In this document: positions 10,736 through 20,547 of the stretch, one piece after another | How the letters are laid out: every line of letters begins with the position of its first letter | Numbering within the stretch: position 1 is the first letter of the stretch | Assembly (NCBI GenBank): GCA_963703315.1 | Contig: OY969811.1 | Coordinates: 4,000,001 to 4,064,000, forward strand | Direction: 5' to 3' | DNA length: 64,000 bases | Origin: an uncultured cyanobacterium | Lineage (GTDB): Bacteria; Cyanobacteriota; Cyanobacteriia; Pseudanabaenales; Pseudanabaenaceae | Notes under the pieces: model-generated | The model's database searches: none | What the model was told of the DNA's origin: nothing | Seen by the model: only the letters and a program-made list of their open reading frames with translations | Made by a program: the position numbers and the translations under genes

Positions 10736-12478
10736 TTAGTTGGGATAAATGCGTAAACGTCGATTGGGTTCCGCACCGTAGCTTTCCGATCGCAGTTGGT
10801 AATGCTCCACTAGTTCATGCTGCATCCGACGGATGATCGAAGAACGGGGTAGTAACTCCACAGGCTGTCCTTTAGGAATCACAATCTGCTCAACGGCAAG
10901 ACGGGTTTCTTCAAGAGCTTCGATTTCATCTTCCGAATCTCCATAGGCAAACATATTCAAGTCGCTAATCGTGTCCGCAGGACTTTCATCGATGTGTAGA
11001 ATCCGTCTCAGAGCACGAGTAATTTGGGGAAGAGTGCTAGTTTTGATCGCATGAATGGGAATTTGACGCGCTTCGGCAACTTGGCGCACTTTTGAACTGG
11101 TGCGAATCTGCGATCGCAAAGCCAGTACAATATCTGCCTCATCAAGATCCTTAGTAATTTCAATTGGTAAATTAATCGATTGCACCACCTGTTCAGTTTG
11201 ATGACGGCTAACTCCATAGAGATAAACATTCAGCGTACCGAAACGCTCACGCATGGCTCCATAACCAGCAAGATCGCCAAATTCCTCTTCATCTTCATCA
11301 CTGGATTCATTCAGTTCTACTACTGACGTATTACTAGTCTTGGTGGTCAACTCAGTGAGTTCAGACCGTAATTGCACCTGTGGATCGAGAGGGATTGGTT
11401 TGATCTTGCCAGTCGCTCGCCAACCTTTGACGGCAGGATTTCGCATTACTTCAGGATTTTTGGGCTTTTCATCGGTAGTCGTCACTTCGCCTTCATCACT
11501 GACTGCCCGAATTTGTCGTCCGGGGTCGCGATCGCGCAGGAGCATATCAATGGTTCCCGCGACATCGGCATGAACTGCCCAACGATAGCGCTCCCACATT
11601 TCCACAGCAATATCAAAGGTGGGCTGAGCCTTGCGTTCGAGAATGCTCTTTTGTGGTAAACCGCGCCGCCGCATTTCTTCATCACCGAGGGTGACGGATT
11701 GAATACCACCGATTAAATCAGAAAGAGTCGGGTTTTTAATTAAATTGGCAAGTTGATTACCGTGAGCCGTGCCGACTAGTTGCACACCCCGTTCGGCGAT
11801 CGTTCTGGCGGCTAGGGCTTCTAACTCCGTACCAATCTCATCAATGACGATTACTTCAGGCATATGGTTTTCCACTGCCTCGATCATCACTTGGTGCTGC
11901 AATTCGGGCTGGGAGACTTGCATTCGTCTAGCACGTCCGATCGCAGGGTGGGGAATATCGCCATCGCCAGCAATTTCATTGGAGGAGTCAATAATTACGA
12001 CGCGCTTATTCAGGTCATCGGCAAGCACACGGGCGATTTCGCGCAGAGCGGTGGTTTTGCCCATGCCGGGTTTTCCTAACAGCAAAATCGATTTGCCTGT
12101 TTCCACTAAGTCGCGAATCATGGCGATCGTGCCATAGACTGCTCGACCGACGCGACAGGTTAAGCCGATGATTTCGCCTTTGCGGTTGCGAATGGCACTG
12201 ATACGGTGCAGGGTGCGCTCGATACCTGCGCGATTATCGCCGCCAAATTCACCGACTTGCTTTACACAAATCGCCAAATCTTCTTTAGTAATTGGATCAT
12301 CGGTCAAATATTTAGTGCTGTCAAAATACCGTGCTTCGGGCAGCCTGCCTAAGTCCATCACAATTTCGACAAGTTGTTCTAACCCGCCGCAGAGTTCGAG
12401 GCTGCTTTTGATACGTGGTGGCAAAATATCGAGAAGTTGATCGAGGTTGTCTGTAACTTGTTTGCGAATGGATTCCAT
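10736..12478 (-). CDS. ycf45: Ycf45-like AAA ATPase with C-terminal R3H domain
   Basis: SpoIIIAA-like ATPase (GKPGMGKTT, VIDEIG, GTAHG) and R3H motif RRMQHELVEHYQLRSES. Confidence 0.85.
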   Translation of the reverse strand: MESIRKQVTDNLDQLLDILPPRIKSSLELCGGLEQLVEIVMDLGRLPEARYFDSTKYLTDDPITKEDLAICVKQVGEFGGDNRAGIERTLHRISAIRNRKGEIIGLTCRVGRAVYGTIAMIRDLVETGKSILLLGKPGMGKTTALREIARVLADDLNKRVVIIDSSNEIAGDGDIPHPAIGRARRMQVSQPELQHQVMIEAVENHMPEVIVIDEIGTELEALAARTIAERGVQLVGTAHGNQLANLIKNPTLSDLIGGIQSVTLGDEEMRRRGLPQKSILERKAQPTFDIAVEMWERYRWAVHADVAGTIDMLLRDRDPGRQIRAVSDEGEVTTTDEKPKNPEVMRNPAVKGWRATGKIKPIPLDPQVQLRSELTELTTKTSNTSVVELNESSDEDEEEFGDLAGYGAMRERFGTLNVYLYGVSRHQTEQVVQSINLPIEITKDLDEADIVLALRSQIRTSSKVRQVAEARQIPIHAIKTSTLPQITRALRRILHIDESPADTISDLNMFAYGDSEDEIEALEETRLAVEQIVIPKGQPVELLPRSSIIRRMQHELVEHYQLRSESYGAEPNRRLRIYPN

Positions 12479-12539
12479 TAGGCTTTTTAAGGTTTTACAG
12501 TTAGTTTTTTCTGCTTAAAAGTGCGGCGAAGCCACACTT

Positions 12540-13538
12540 TTAAGCAGTTTTGATTTGGGAAACGAGTTGACGGGCGATCGCTACAGCTTGCCAGAGTAAA
12601 CAAGGATGTTCTTCAAGGCGATCGGGAATTTCTTCGCCGCGACTTTCTAGAAAATCGATCACGATCTTACGGGCATAGCTACCGTAGGCAACCCCAGCAA
12701 CAGGGATATTGGCTTGCTTGAGTTTGGGAACTGTACTGGCATTTGTGCCACCAGCCAGTTGCACAAAGCCCAGTGGCAACTGAAAATCCAGTACCTTCTG
12801 CCCTAGTTGCAAAGCTGCCCTAGTTGCGCCATCACCAATATCGCCACTCATCGGTCTGCCGTCAGTTTGCCAGATCAGCGATCGCGGTTTTGGCTGCATC
12901 CCTTCCAGCAAAGACAAGAGGTAATTGTGCAGATCTTCACAATCTGGAAAACTAACAGCTACTAGTCTGAGCTTGGGGATAATTGGACTCAAACGCTGCC
13001 AAAAAGCCGCAAATTCCTTAGTGCGATGGGGCTGTGTATGAATTTCGATCGCATCAACTTGCTGATTAAGTACTTCATCAAAAATATCTTCAGGGACATA
13101 AACCTGTTCGCGAGTATGAATAATCTGCACTGGACATAGCGGCAAACAACGACCGCACCCATAACAAAGATTTGGTATGATCCCATTGTAATCATTAGTA
13201 AACTTGATTGCAGTGGTGGGACATACTTTTTCGCAAGGTCTTGGGCAATCGGTTGGACAAAGATGTGGATCAAAGATAGCTTTCCGAAAATGCGGATCTT
13301 CGCCATCGTTGAAGCTGACCATCACTAAAGGGGCGATCGCCTGTGGGGATAATTGCATAGCGGCGGCGATACCTGCACGGGCGGCGGCAATTGTGGCAGG
13401 ATCGGGAGCCATATCGATGCAATCTGCTCCCGCCAGCGTATAAACCATTGCAAGGCTACGAATTGCGGGTAAATGTTGATAACTAGCACCACAAATGAGC
13501 TTAAACCATTGGTGCGATCGCAGAGCTTCAAGTTCCAT
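12540..13538 (-). CDS. ldpA: Circadian input Fe-S protein LdpA
   Basis: WFKLICGAS, DGEDPHFRKA, CPTDCPRPCEKVCP, CYGCGRCLPLCP and WQTDGRPMSGDIG motifs. Confidence 0.93.
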   Translation of the reverse strand: MELEALRSHQWFKLICGASYQHLPAIRSLAMVYTLAGADCIDMAPDPATIAAARAGIAAAMQLSPQAIAPLVMVSFNDGEDPHFRKAIFDPHLCPTDCPRPCEKVCPTTAIKFTNDYNGIIPNLCYGCGRCLPLCPVQIIHTREQVYVPEDIFDEVLNQQVDAIEIHTQPHRTKEFAAFWQRLSPIIPKLRLVAVSFPDCEDLHNYLLSLLEGMQPKPRSLIWQTDGRPMSGDIGDGATRAALQLGQKVLDFQLPLGFVQLAGGTNASTVPKLKQANIPVAGVAYGSYARKIVIDFLESRGEEIPDRLEEHPCLLWQAVAIARQLVSQIKTA

Positions 13539-13629
13539 AATTTCAGGGCGATTGACTAATTGTCGTTCGCACTCTGAAAAGCCTCATCGATACAGAATAT
13601 TTTTGATTGTAACTGCGATCGCGATCTAA

Positions 13630-13822
13630 TAACAATTCACGAAAGTGTGACCACACTTTCGTGAATTAAGTAGCTAGGCATGAGTAAACTTAAAACCTAG
13701 AAGCTTGTGCCGCCCGCTATGCGGGCGGCACAAGCTCTGATTTTGGGTTTTAACTATGCTGAGCTACTTAAAAAACAAACCCAGTGAGGGTTTTCAAAAC
13801 TAAAAATGGCGTAGCCATTTTA
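13630..13822. mobile_element. Nested MITEs: a ~104-bp TAAGTAGCT...AGCTACTTA element (13667-13770) inside a second element
   Basis: The inner element is near-identical to 26338-26440. The outer halves match the uninterrupted copy at 28774-28877. Confidence 0.75.
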
Positions 13823-14395
13823 TGTAGTTAGATTTTTCTCAATGCGGCGATCGGGAATGAGCCACATAATCGCTACAAGAATATAGAGCGCACAGGCTAG
13901 CAATGGCACAAAAAAGGAAATGGCAATGGCGATCGCATATATTACTAGAGACACTTTGCCTTTAAAGTCATTACCAATCGCGATCGCCAAAGTGGAATCT
14001 TGACCATGATAAGCAATCAGTACTCGGCAGAGAACATAGTAAGCTAAAGCCGCGAGTAATAGCACTATCCCATACAGCGCCACAGGTAAAGCCGCGAAAT
14101 GATTTTCACCCATCCATCCAGTGGTAAATGGGACTAAAGACAACCAGAACAATAAATGTAAGTTTGCCCAAAGAGTATAACCATTAACTCTTCCAACTGC
14201 CTGTAGTAGATGGTGGTGATTGTTCCAATAGATGCCAAGATAGACAAAACTGAGGACATAGCTGAGAAATACAGGAATCAATGGAACTAGCGCCTCTAGG
14301 TTCTCTTTGTGCGGTACTTTCAATTCCAATACCATAATTGTAATCAGAATCGCAATTACCCCATCACTAAATGCTTCTAACCGCCCTTTGGTCAT
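13820..14395 (-). CDS. TMEM175-family (DUF1211) potassium channel
   Basis: RLEAFSDGVIAILITIMVL signature, YWNNHH, about six TM segments. Confidence 0.92.
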   Translation of the reverse strand: MTKGRLEAFSDGVIAILITIMVLELKVPHKENLEALVPLIPVFLSYVLSFVYLGIYWNNHHHLLQAVGRVNGYTLWANLHLLFWLSLVPFTTGWMGENHFAALPVALYGIVLLLAALAYYVLCRVLIAYHGQDSTLAIAIGNDFKGKVSLVIYAIAIAISFFVPLLACALYILVAIMWLIPDRRIEKNLTT

Positions 14396-14542
14396 CTCTC
14401 CAACCTCTCTGTATTTTGGCTACTTTAGTGGTTATTATAAGCTCTACTCATTTGGAGGCGATCGCCTTTTCTCATCATCAAGTGCGATCTCTAACATAGC
14501 CTTGTATATAAAAGCGATCGCTTGTCTTATCTTTGATTGTAA

Positions 14543-14607
14543 TTAAACTAAGAAGGTTTTAATTTCATCAGGTAGCAGAGAAACAACAAATCATCTTTAC
14601 TATCCAT
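14543..14607 (-). pseudogene. Remnant of the MNT partner (probably HEPN) gene, internally deleted
   Basis: An ATG overlapping the MNT stop gives MDSKDD; a different frame then gives FVVSLLPDEIKTFLV*. Confidence 0.5.
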
Positions 14608-15001
14608 ACAGACATTTCCCTCTATTTAATATTTGATGCTCTAGGGACATTGGAATCTGTGCAAATTTTTCTATTTCTTTTCGGGTTTTTACTAAGATAT
14701 CTAAGGGATAAGGAACATCTCTTAGGCATCGGTAAGCAATAGCAGAACGTTTACTAGAGGAGAGGTTGCTGTCGGTGACAATGATTAGTAAATCCAGATC
14801 GCTGTCTTTGTGAGGATTTCCCCAAACATGGGAGCCAAATAAAAAAATATTTTCTGGTCTAAATTCATTTACAAGTCGATTAGTAATATCTGAGAGTAAT
14901 TGTTCTATTGGCAAATTTGTGTGTGTCCCAACTTGAATAGGAATGGCGCGATCGCTTAGTGGTGTAATTTTTTTTTGGCTATGCTGCTGTTGGACTACCA
15001 T
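14600..15001 (-). CDS. Minimal nucleotidyltransferase (MNT) antitoxin
   Basis: IFLFGS..WG.P..DSDLDLLII motif. Confidence 0.88.
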   Translation of the reverse strand: MVVQQQHSQKKITPLSDRAIPIQVGTHTNLPIEQLLSDITNRLVNEFRPENIFLFGSHVWGNPHKDSDLDLLIIVTDSNLSSSKRSAIAYRCLRDVPYPLDILVKTRKEIEKFAQIPMSLEHQILNRGKCLYG

Positions 15002-15103
15002 TAATTTAGCCTTTGCCTTAGTTGCTATAACTATAGCTCATAAGCTAAAAAGCTACTAGATAATCGCCTTTTCTCATCATCAAGCGCGATCGCTAAATAT
15101 CTC

Positions 15104-15301
15104 TTAGTATTCACGAATGATAAATACTGGCTTACTGGACTTGGGTTGATTTTGCTTTTGGATACGAATTAAGCGATCGCTTCCTCTGGTTCGTATTGAT
15201 TGTAACTGCACTAGGGCTTTTAAAATCCGTTGTTTAGGTTTCTGTGGTAATGCGTTCAGTTGCTTCTGCACGGTTTTTGGTAAGTTGACTTGATAACTCA
15301 T
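15104..15301 (-). pseudogene. Truncated RelE/ParE-family toxin
   Basis: The first ~34 aa (MSYQVNLPKTVQKQLNALP..KQRILKAL) are RelE-like and overlap the upstream gene's stop. The C-terminal RxRxGxYR/IY half is missing. Confidence 0.7.
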
Positions 15302-15519
15302 GATACTTGCTGTGCTTCAGTTACAAGGTGATGATCAAGGGTTACAAAATCGCCATTAGCAATTTCTGGGTCGGTTTCTTCAACTGCTTGTTGATAGCCT
15401 TTCCAGCAGAGAAATTCATCCATTTCTGCGAGTAACTTTTGATAAGCAGTAATATCGAGGATAACGGCTATGCGATCGCCTTGCGCGTTGGTAATGTATT
15501 GTTCTTGGAGTTGCAGCAT
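15298..15519 (-). CDS. Putative antitoxin
   Basis: QYITNAQGDRIAVILDI..YQKLL type small protein directly upstream of the RelE fragment. Confidence 0.7.
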   Translation of the reverse strand: MLQLQEQYITNAQGDRIAVILDITAYQKLLAEMDEFLCWKGYQQAVEETDPEIANGDFVTLDHHLVTEAQQVS

Positions 15520-15692
15520 AGGTTTGAGTGTTGATGAATAAGTTTGTGCCTATTATAAGCGTTACTCGTTTTGGGGCGATCGCCTTTTCTCATCATTAAG
15601 TGCGATCGCTAACAGAGCCTTGTAGATAAAAGTGGAATAAGGCATGAAATAGGCGATCGCACTAATAATCTCTACAAAAAGCGATGAAGCTT

Positions 15693-15796
15693 TTAATCAG
15701 GTTCCATTATTTTTTGAAGTGCCTCGGCGATCGCTTCATATTGTTGAGGTGTGAAGCTGTGACAACATCACCAATTTGTAAAATATGCTCTGTCAT
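15693..15796 (-). pseudogene. PemK/MazF-like toxin remnant with internal deletion
   Basis: ATGA overlap with the antitoxin stop. MTEHILQIGDVVTA is joined out of frame to FTPQQYEAIAEALQKIMEPD*. Confidence 0.65.
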
Positions 15797-16050
15797 ACGC
15801 CGATCTCAATTTTTCCTGTTTCAGCGCTAAATTTAACGGATAGCCCTTCTTGTAGTTCTCCTTCTTGCCATTCATAGGGTTCATAGTTGTCTAAACTTGA
15901 TAAGTCACTCTCTAGCCAGTCCGTATCATCTTGAGTTCGAGGGTTCTCAGTTTGCCATACCAGATAGTTCAAAAAGCTAAGAACTTCTCGCAGTTTATCA
16001 TCAGGAATAATTTCTAAGCGTTGCACTATCTCATTTTTGATTGCGTTCAT
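15793..16050 (-). CDS. DUF2281-like antitoxin
   Basis: IVQRLEIIPDDKLREVLSFLNYL helix pattern. Confidence 0.7.
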   Translation of the reverse strand: MNAIKNEIVQRLEIIPDDKLREVLSFLNYLVWQTENPRTQDDTDWLESDLSSLDNYEPYEWQEGELQEGLSVKFSAETGKIEIGV

Positions 16051-16185
16051 ACTGCTTTTCTCGATTCACTCTCAAGTTAGCTTTAGTTTAGCAAAACTCA
16101 AAATCAGCTTAAATTATTTTTACACACACTTTAAGTTTTTTGCGTTATAAAAGATTTATAGAGTACATACATTTCTAACATCTGA

Positions 16186-17175
16186 ATGAGTTTACTGCGA
16201 CAAATCCAAGATGCTACAGTCGATCCTAAGTATCAGTTAGCAGATATTCTACGAATGTGTAAAATCCTTGCTGCGCGTTTGGAAAACAAAGTATTTGACG
16301 AGTGGATTAGACAGGAGTTGTATGGTTATGAAAATCGATTTCAACTCCCAAAATATAGAATTTTAAAGGAATTGAGCTGTAGTGGTAATTTTGTTAACTC
16401 TTCAGGAGATATTTGGAAAAACTTACCAATACCTCCAGTGAACTTATCAGAAAATATTAGAGAGTCAGTATCAATAAAATACGTTCTGCAAAATGTTAGT
16501 GGTTTAGCAAGTATTGTTGGTCTAGCAAAACAGGTAAATGAAAGTGTTCTTCGTTTTCCTTGGCAACCTGATATTGTTTTATTCTATACTTCAAATATTT
16601 ACGAGGAAATGGAGTGTAAACAGGCATGGATTGATGTTCCTACTAATGCATATGATGCCATTCTTGATACTATAAAAACTAGAATTTTAGATTTTGTAAT
16701 TGAGATTGAGGCTGAAAATTCAAATGCTGGAGATGCTCTACCACATGAAAAACTAATTCCCGATCAAATAGTCAATTATATTTACTATAAATGTATCCTA
16801 CACGAGAATCACATGACAGAAAACTACACGAACAACCTTCAAGGAGCCATTATCGCTAACATGGCTAACACAGTCAAAGATAACGCACGACAACAGGCTA
16901 ATCAATATATCCACTTATCCGAAGAAAAGAGAACTCTTGCTGAAGCTGCTAGCGAAATCCAACAACTTATCCAACAATTAGAACAAACGAATCCAACTGC
17001 CACCGAAGCTGAAATTATTGCTTATATTAATGATGAAACTAAGCCTAGTCTTAAACGTCGTGCAGGTAGTGCATTGCAGTCACTTGGAGAAACAGCAATT
17101 GACGAGTTTGTATTGGAGAATAAGTATCTTAAAGTTGTGAAAGCTGCTATCAAGGGTTGGGTAAAACCAAGCTAG
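16186..17175 (+). CDS. AbiTii-domain protein
   Basis: N-terminal LLRQIQ..LADILRMCKILAARL..DEWIRQELYGY..LPKYR; C-terminal TLAEAASEIQQLIQQLEQTNPT module. Confidence 0.7.
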   Translation: MSLLRQIQDATVDPKYQLADILRMCKILAARLENKVFDEWIRQELYGYENRFQLPKYRILKELSCSGNFVNSSGDIWKNLPIPPVNLSENIRESVSIKYVLQNVSGLASIVGLAKQVNESVLRFPWQPDIVLFYTSNIYEEMECKQAWIDVPTNAYDAILDTIKTRILDFVIEIEAENSNAGDALPHEKLIPDQIVNYIYYKCILHENHMTENYTNNLQGAIIANMANTVKDNARQQANQYIHLSEEKRTLAEAASEIQQLIQQLEQTNPTATEAEIIAYINDETKPSLKRRAGSALQSLGETAIDEFVLENKYLKVVKAAIKGWVKPS

Positions 17176-17188
17176 AGTTGAAAGAAGA

Positions 17189-18301
17189 TTATTCCTTATG
17201 AATAGTAATACCCTGTGAACTCAATTTCGCAAATGCCTCATTATAGCTACGAGCAGTAATATTAAACTGCTTCCGAATAGCTGGAAGCCCGATCGCTTTA
17301 AGTTCTGATTCTGTAAATTGAACAGTTTGATCATCACTTGATTCATCAGCTTCATCATCAACTAACTCATTATCTGTTTCAATATCTGGATTGCTAGAAA
17401 ATGAATCTAAACCGAGTTTCTGATCAAATTCTGCAAACTCACTTTCATCAATAACAATAGCAACCTCTTCCCCGATTTGATTGAGGCGCAGATCAAAACT
17501 GGCTAAAGCTTTTGCCTCTTCTATCACTTTCTTCTCTTCAGGAGAAAAATAAATTTGATCGCCATGCTTGCGAATATTCTCTTCAGCGATCGCATAACGC
17601 TGATTAAACTCGGCTAAATCTTGAGCTTTCTGATGTCTGGAGTTATACAGGGACACCATCTGATTGTAACTACCAAAAGGCATTACCCCCTTCACTGCAC
17701 GTTTACGAGTTGGAAAAGCTACCGTAAATTTCACTCGATCTGCAACCTTGCGGTTACGTTGACGTGATTTTAATTTGCCTCGTTTAGTTGTGTAAAACTC
17801 TGCATAGGATTCAGTGCGATAGAGAATTTTATCTGTTCTCAATCCAATATTTATACTGTCTGGTCTATCAGTTACTTTGACGGTATAGGAATTAAAAGAA
17901 ATCGAATCGCCAATTGAGTTTGCAGTGTCAAAATTGAATGGATGAAAACTATGAGCAGCGTTAGTTAGCCTAATCCGTTCATTTGTAACATTTGCCTTTG
18001 CCTTACGGATACTTTCAGCAATATCAAATTTTTTTCTCTCCTCTTGTGCTTCACTCGAATCATCTGTTTTGCGCTGTGATATGTAAATAGATGTACCTAC
18101 ACCCCCAAAGGCTAAGCCTCCACCAAGGATTTTGAGCATACTTTGAGAAGTAGCGAACAAAGTAAATAGACCAATCCCAATCGCAACAATTGAACCAATT
18201 AAATAATTTGTCTTTGTATTTGAAGGAACTGTTTTTGCCAGTTCATCATTATATTCAGGTATGCGCTTGAAAGAAAGTTCAATTGTATTAATATCAACCA
18301 T
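17189..18301 (-). CDS. Hypothetical membrane-anchored protein
   Basis: 370-aa ORF with two N-terminal hydrophobic segments and an acidic C-terminal stretch. Confidence 0.7.
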   Translation of the reverse strand: MVDINTIELSFKRIPEYNDELAKTVPSNTKTNYLIGSIVAIGIGLFTLFATSQSMLKILGGGLAFGGVGTSIYISQRKTDDSSEAQEERKKFDIAESIRKAKANVTNERIRLTNAAHSFHPFNFDTANSIGDSISFNSYTVKVTDRPDSINIGLRTDKILYRTESYAEFYTTKRGKLKSRQRNRKVADRVKFTVAFPTRKRAVKGVMPFGSYNQMVSLYNSRHQKAQDLAEFNQRYAIAEENIRKHGDQIYFSPEEKKVIEEAKALASFDLRLNQIGEEVAIVIDESEFAEFDQKLGLDSFSSNPDIETDNELVDDEADESSDDQTVQFTESELKAIGLPAIRKQFNITARSYNEAFAKLSSQGITIHKE

Positions 18302-18611
18302 ATTTATTTGTTTATACCGCTACATCTGAATTTTATCAGAATTAGTCGTTTCCCATAGTTTGATCTAAAACACAGCAAAAGACAAAATAAATAGCGATGA
18401 TTGCAACCCACTACCGCTCATCCCTAATCTCCAAAAAACTTTGCAAATACCAGAAGCATTGTACCAACGCCTAGCGATCGCATATTGCATCACTTCACCC
18501 CAATCGCCTCAAATTTAGGCAAAAATGCAAGCACAATATCATTCTCAGGAATCCCCCTTTGAACCAAATCTTGAGTAATACCCCCCTCAATTCCATCATA
18601 TTCAATCAAAA

Positions 18612-20327
18612 CCCACATTCCGCTCGTAATGGAAGAAAAAAAACAATTACGAAACAGGAGCAGGGAGCAAATAGTAGCGTTGGCAGGAGGGAGAAAAGAA
18701 ATTCAAAATGTGAATCCGAAGAGGAGACAAATTAACAACTTGAGTGAGTCCCTGAAAAGAAACTAAATGAACCGCCATAAAACATTGAAAAATCCAACGC
18801 AAAGTTGGCGAATTAGTGGGTTTACCCAATTGATTAGGAATAGTATCTTGAGCGATGGCTAAGGCAAGTCTGAGTTGACGTTGGGCTAAATTATAAACGA
18901 GCAAGCACAGTGCCATAATCATGCCCAAAGCCTCAATGCGTTTAGCAGACTTGAGAAAAACACTCGAAGTAAAAAACAAAGGATCTTTGAGGAAACGAAA
19001 ACCACGCTCAGTGCTCTGCTGAGCCTTGTATTCCCGTAAAGCATCATCAGCCGTGAATTGTAAGGAATCAAGAATATTCGTGGCTAAAATAAACCTGCCA
19101 CAACGCTGTTGCTGAGCCAAGATTTCTGAGTCTATAGGAATCACCGTTGCAGTAATCCGATAACTAATGCTGGTGGGTATAGCATCAGGTTGTGGCTTAC
19201 CCCGTTTCGCATAATGTGGTTTTTCTACTGCCTGAATATGGTCGAGTTGATGCCATTTCATCTTGGTTGATAATTTTTCAGCAGCAGCGATCGCGTCAGC
19301 AGCACAGGCAAAATCTTGTCCCGCCAAAGTGTGTAAATCTTGATGACATTTTTGCTGGACTTGCTCAAGCTTTTTGTCTAACTTTTTGATGTCTGATTTA
19401 CGTCTTGCTTGGCTATCAACTAAAATCCATCTCTGTCTTACACCACCATACTCACTCACAGTTTCGGCTGTCCTGTATCCCTTAAATTTACTTTCTTGTA
19501 GGTCAGTTGTGCTTGACACTAAGTCACTTGCAGTTTTGATGCTTAATGGCACTCGGGTTAGCCATTTTAGTCCTGTCATTGCTACCAGATTTTCTTCACT
19601 GTATAGCGCTGCATCGCCTACGCATATTCCCTCAAATGTCCACTGGGTTTTGAATTCTTGTAATAGTCCTGCAAATCTTGCTTTGTCGGCTTGATTTCCA
19701 CTTACCACTTCCATCATTACGGGAATGTCTCCATCTCCTACACAGATCAGGTTCATCATAAATTGCTTCAGGTCGGGGCGATGGTCGCGTGAATATCCGT
19801 GTGTGATTTCGATACTCCCTTCTTCCTCTCTGCCATATTCCCCATCTACGTGAAATGAGGTTGAGTCTATATGTCCTGTTTCTACCTTGACATCGTATTT
19901 CGCTACTGCTTTCAGGCTGATTCCTAAAAATGTCTCACTCAGTCCTGCTTCATGTAAGTCATCCAGTACTTTACCGATGCGGTCATCATTGATTTGTTCG
20001 GCTGTTATCCCTTCCCCCAATAAGTGCTCGGTTGGTTTTCCTTCAAAGAATTTACCAAACATATACAGGGGTGCTGATACAAATCCTAATCCATTCAGGA
20101 GCATGGCTTTGACAATTACTCCTGCGCTTACTTTTTCCCTTGAGCTTCTCCCGATTATCGTGTTGATTTCTTCTACGATTCCCATCTCATCTATGATTCC
20201 TGCCACGATTCCTAGATGGTCTAGGTTCGTTACTTTCATCTCTGTATTAATACCTGCCTCCTCTTTTTGCTCTTGTGCCTTACCTTTAGTTAATTATTTT
20301 ACCCTTCCATTACGAGCGGAATGTGGG
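18612..20327 (-). mobile_element. IS1634-family insertion sequence
   Basis: 24-bp perfect terminal inverted repeats cccacattccgctcgtaatggaag (18612-18635 and 20304-20327); 6-bp direct repeat TCAAAA at 18606-18611 and 20328-20333. Confidence 0.93.
18647..20239 (-). CDS. IS1634-family transposase
   Basis: LDHLGIVAG, HIDSTSF, GYSRDHRPDLKQF, DAALY and YKAQ..ERGFRFLK motifs. Confidence 0.93.
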   Translation of the reverse strand: MKVTNLDHLGIVAGIIDEMGIVEEINTIIGRSSREKVSAGVIVKAMLLNGLGFVSAPLYMFGKFFEGKPTEHLLGEGITAEQINDDRIGKVLDDLHEAGLSETFLGISLKAVAKYDVKVETGHIDSTSFHVDGEYGREEEGSIEITHGYSRDHRPDLKQFMMNLICVGDGDIPVMMEVVSGNQADKARFAGLLQEFKTQWTFEGICVGDAALYSEENLVAMTGLKWLTRVPLSIKTASDLVSSTTDLQESKFKGYRTAETVSEYGGVRQRWILVDSQARRKSDIKKLDKKLEQVQQKCHQDLHTLAGQDFACAADAIAAAEKLSTKMKWHQLDHIQAVEKPHYAKRGKPQPDAIPTSISYRITATVIPIDSEILAQQQRCGRFILATNILDSLQFTADDALREYKAQQSTERGFRFLKDPLFFTSSVFLKSAKRIEALGMIMALCLLVYNLAQRQLRLALAIAQDTIPNQLGKPTNSPTLRWIFQCFMAVHLVSFQGLTQVVNLSPLRIHILNFFSPSCQRYYLLPAPVS

Positions 20328-20547
20328 TCAAAACCTTCCCATCCTTAATACTCACATAAATCAAATTACCCCGCACCCGTCTCTCACGATCCCAACCAAA
20401 CTGCATCAGCGCATAGCGACTATTCACATCATCAAATATCGGCTCCAAATGGATATTGCCATGAGAAGGACGGAACTTAGCATACTCACTAATTACCTGC
20501 TTGATTACTGCTTGATAGGATTTGATGGTATCCATTGAGTTATCTCC

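Larger units (their letters stand above)
14433..15632. repeat. Three copies of a HIP1-bearing inter-cassette repeat (~14433-14514, 15062-15095, ~15551-15632)
   Basis: Shared core atcgccttttctcatcat(c/t)aag(t/c)gcgatc. Copies 1 and 3 also share tattataagc...ggcgatcgc and ctaaca(t/g)agccttgta(t/g)ataaaag. Confidence 0.85.
18490..20535 (-). pseudogene. xisI: XisI-family gene interrupted by IS1634
   Basis: 5' part MDTIKSYQAVIKQVISEY...GW..RRVRGNLIYVSIKDGKVL; 3' part beyond the IS reads IEYDGIEGGITQDLVQRGIPENDIVLAF...*. Confidence 0.9.
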
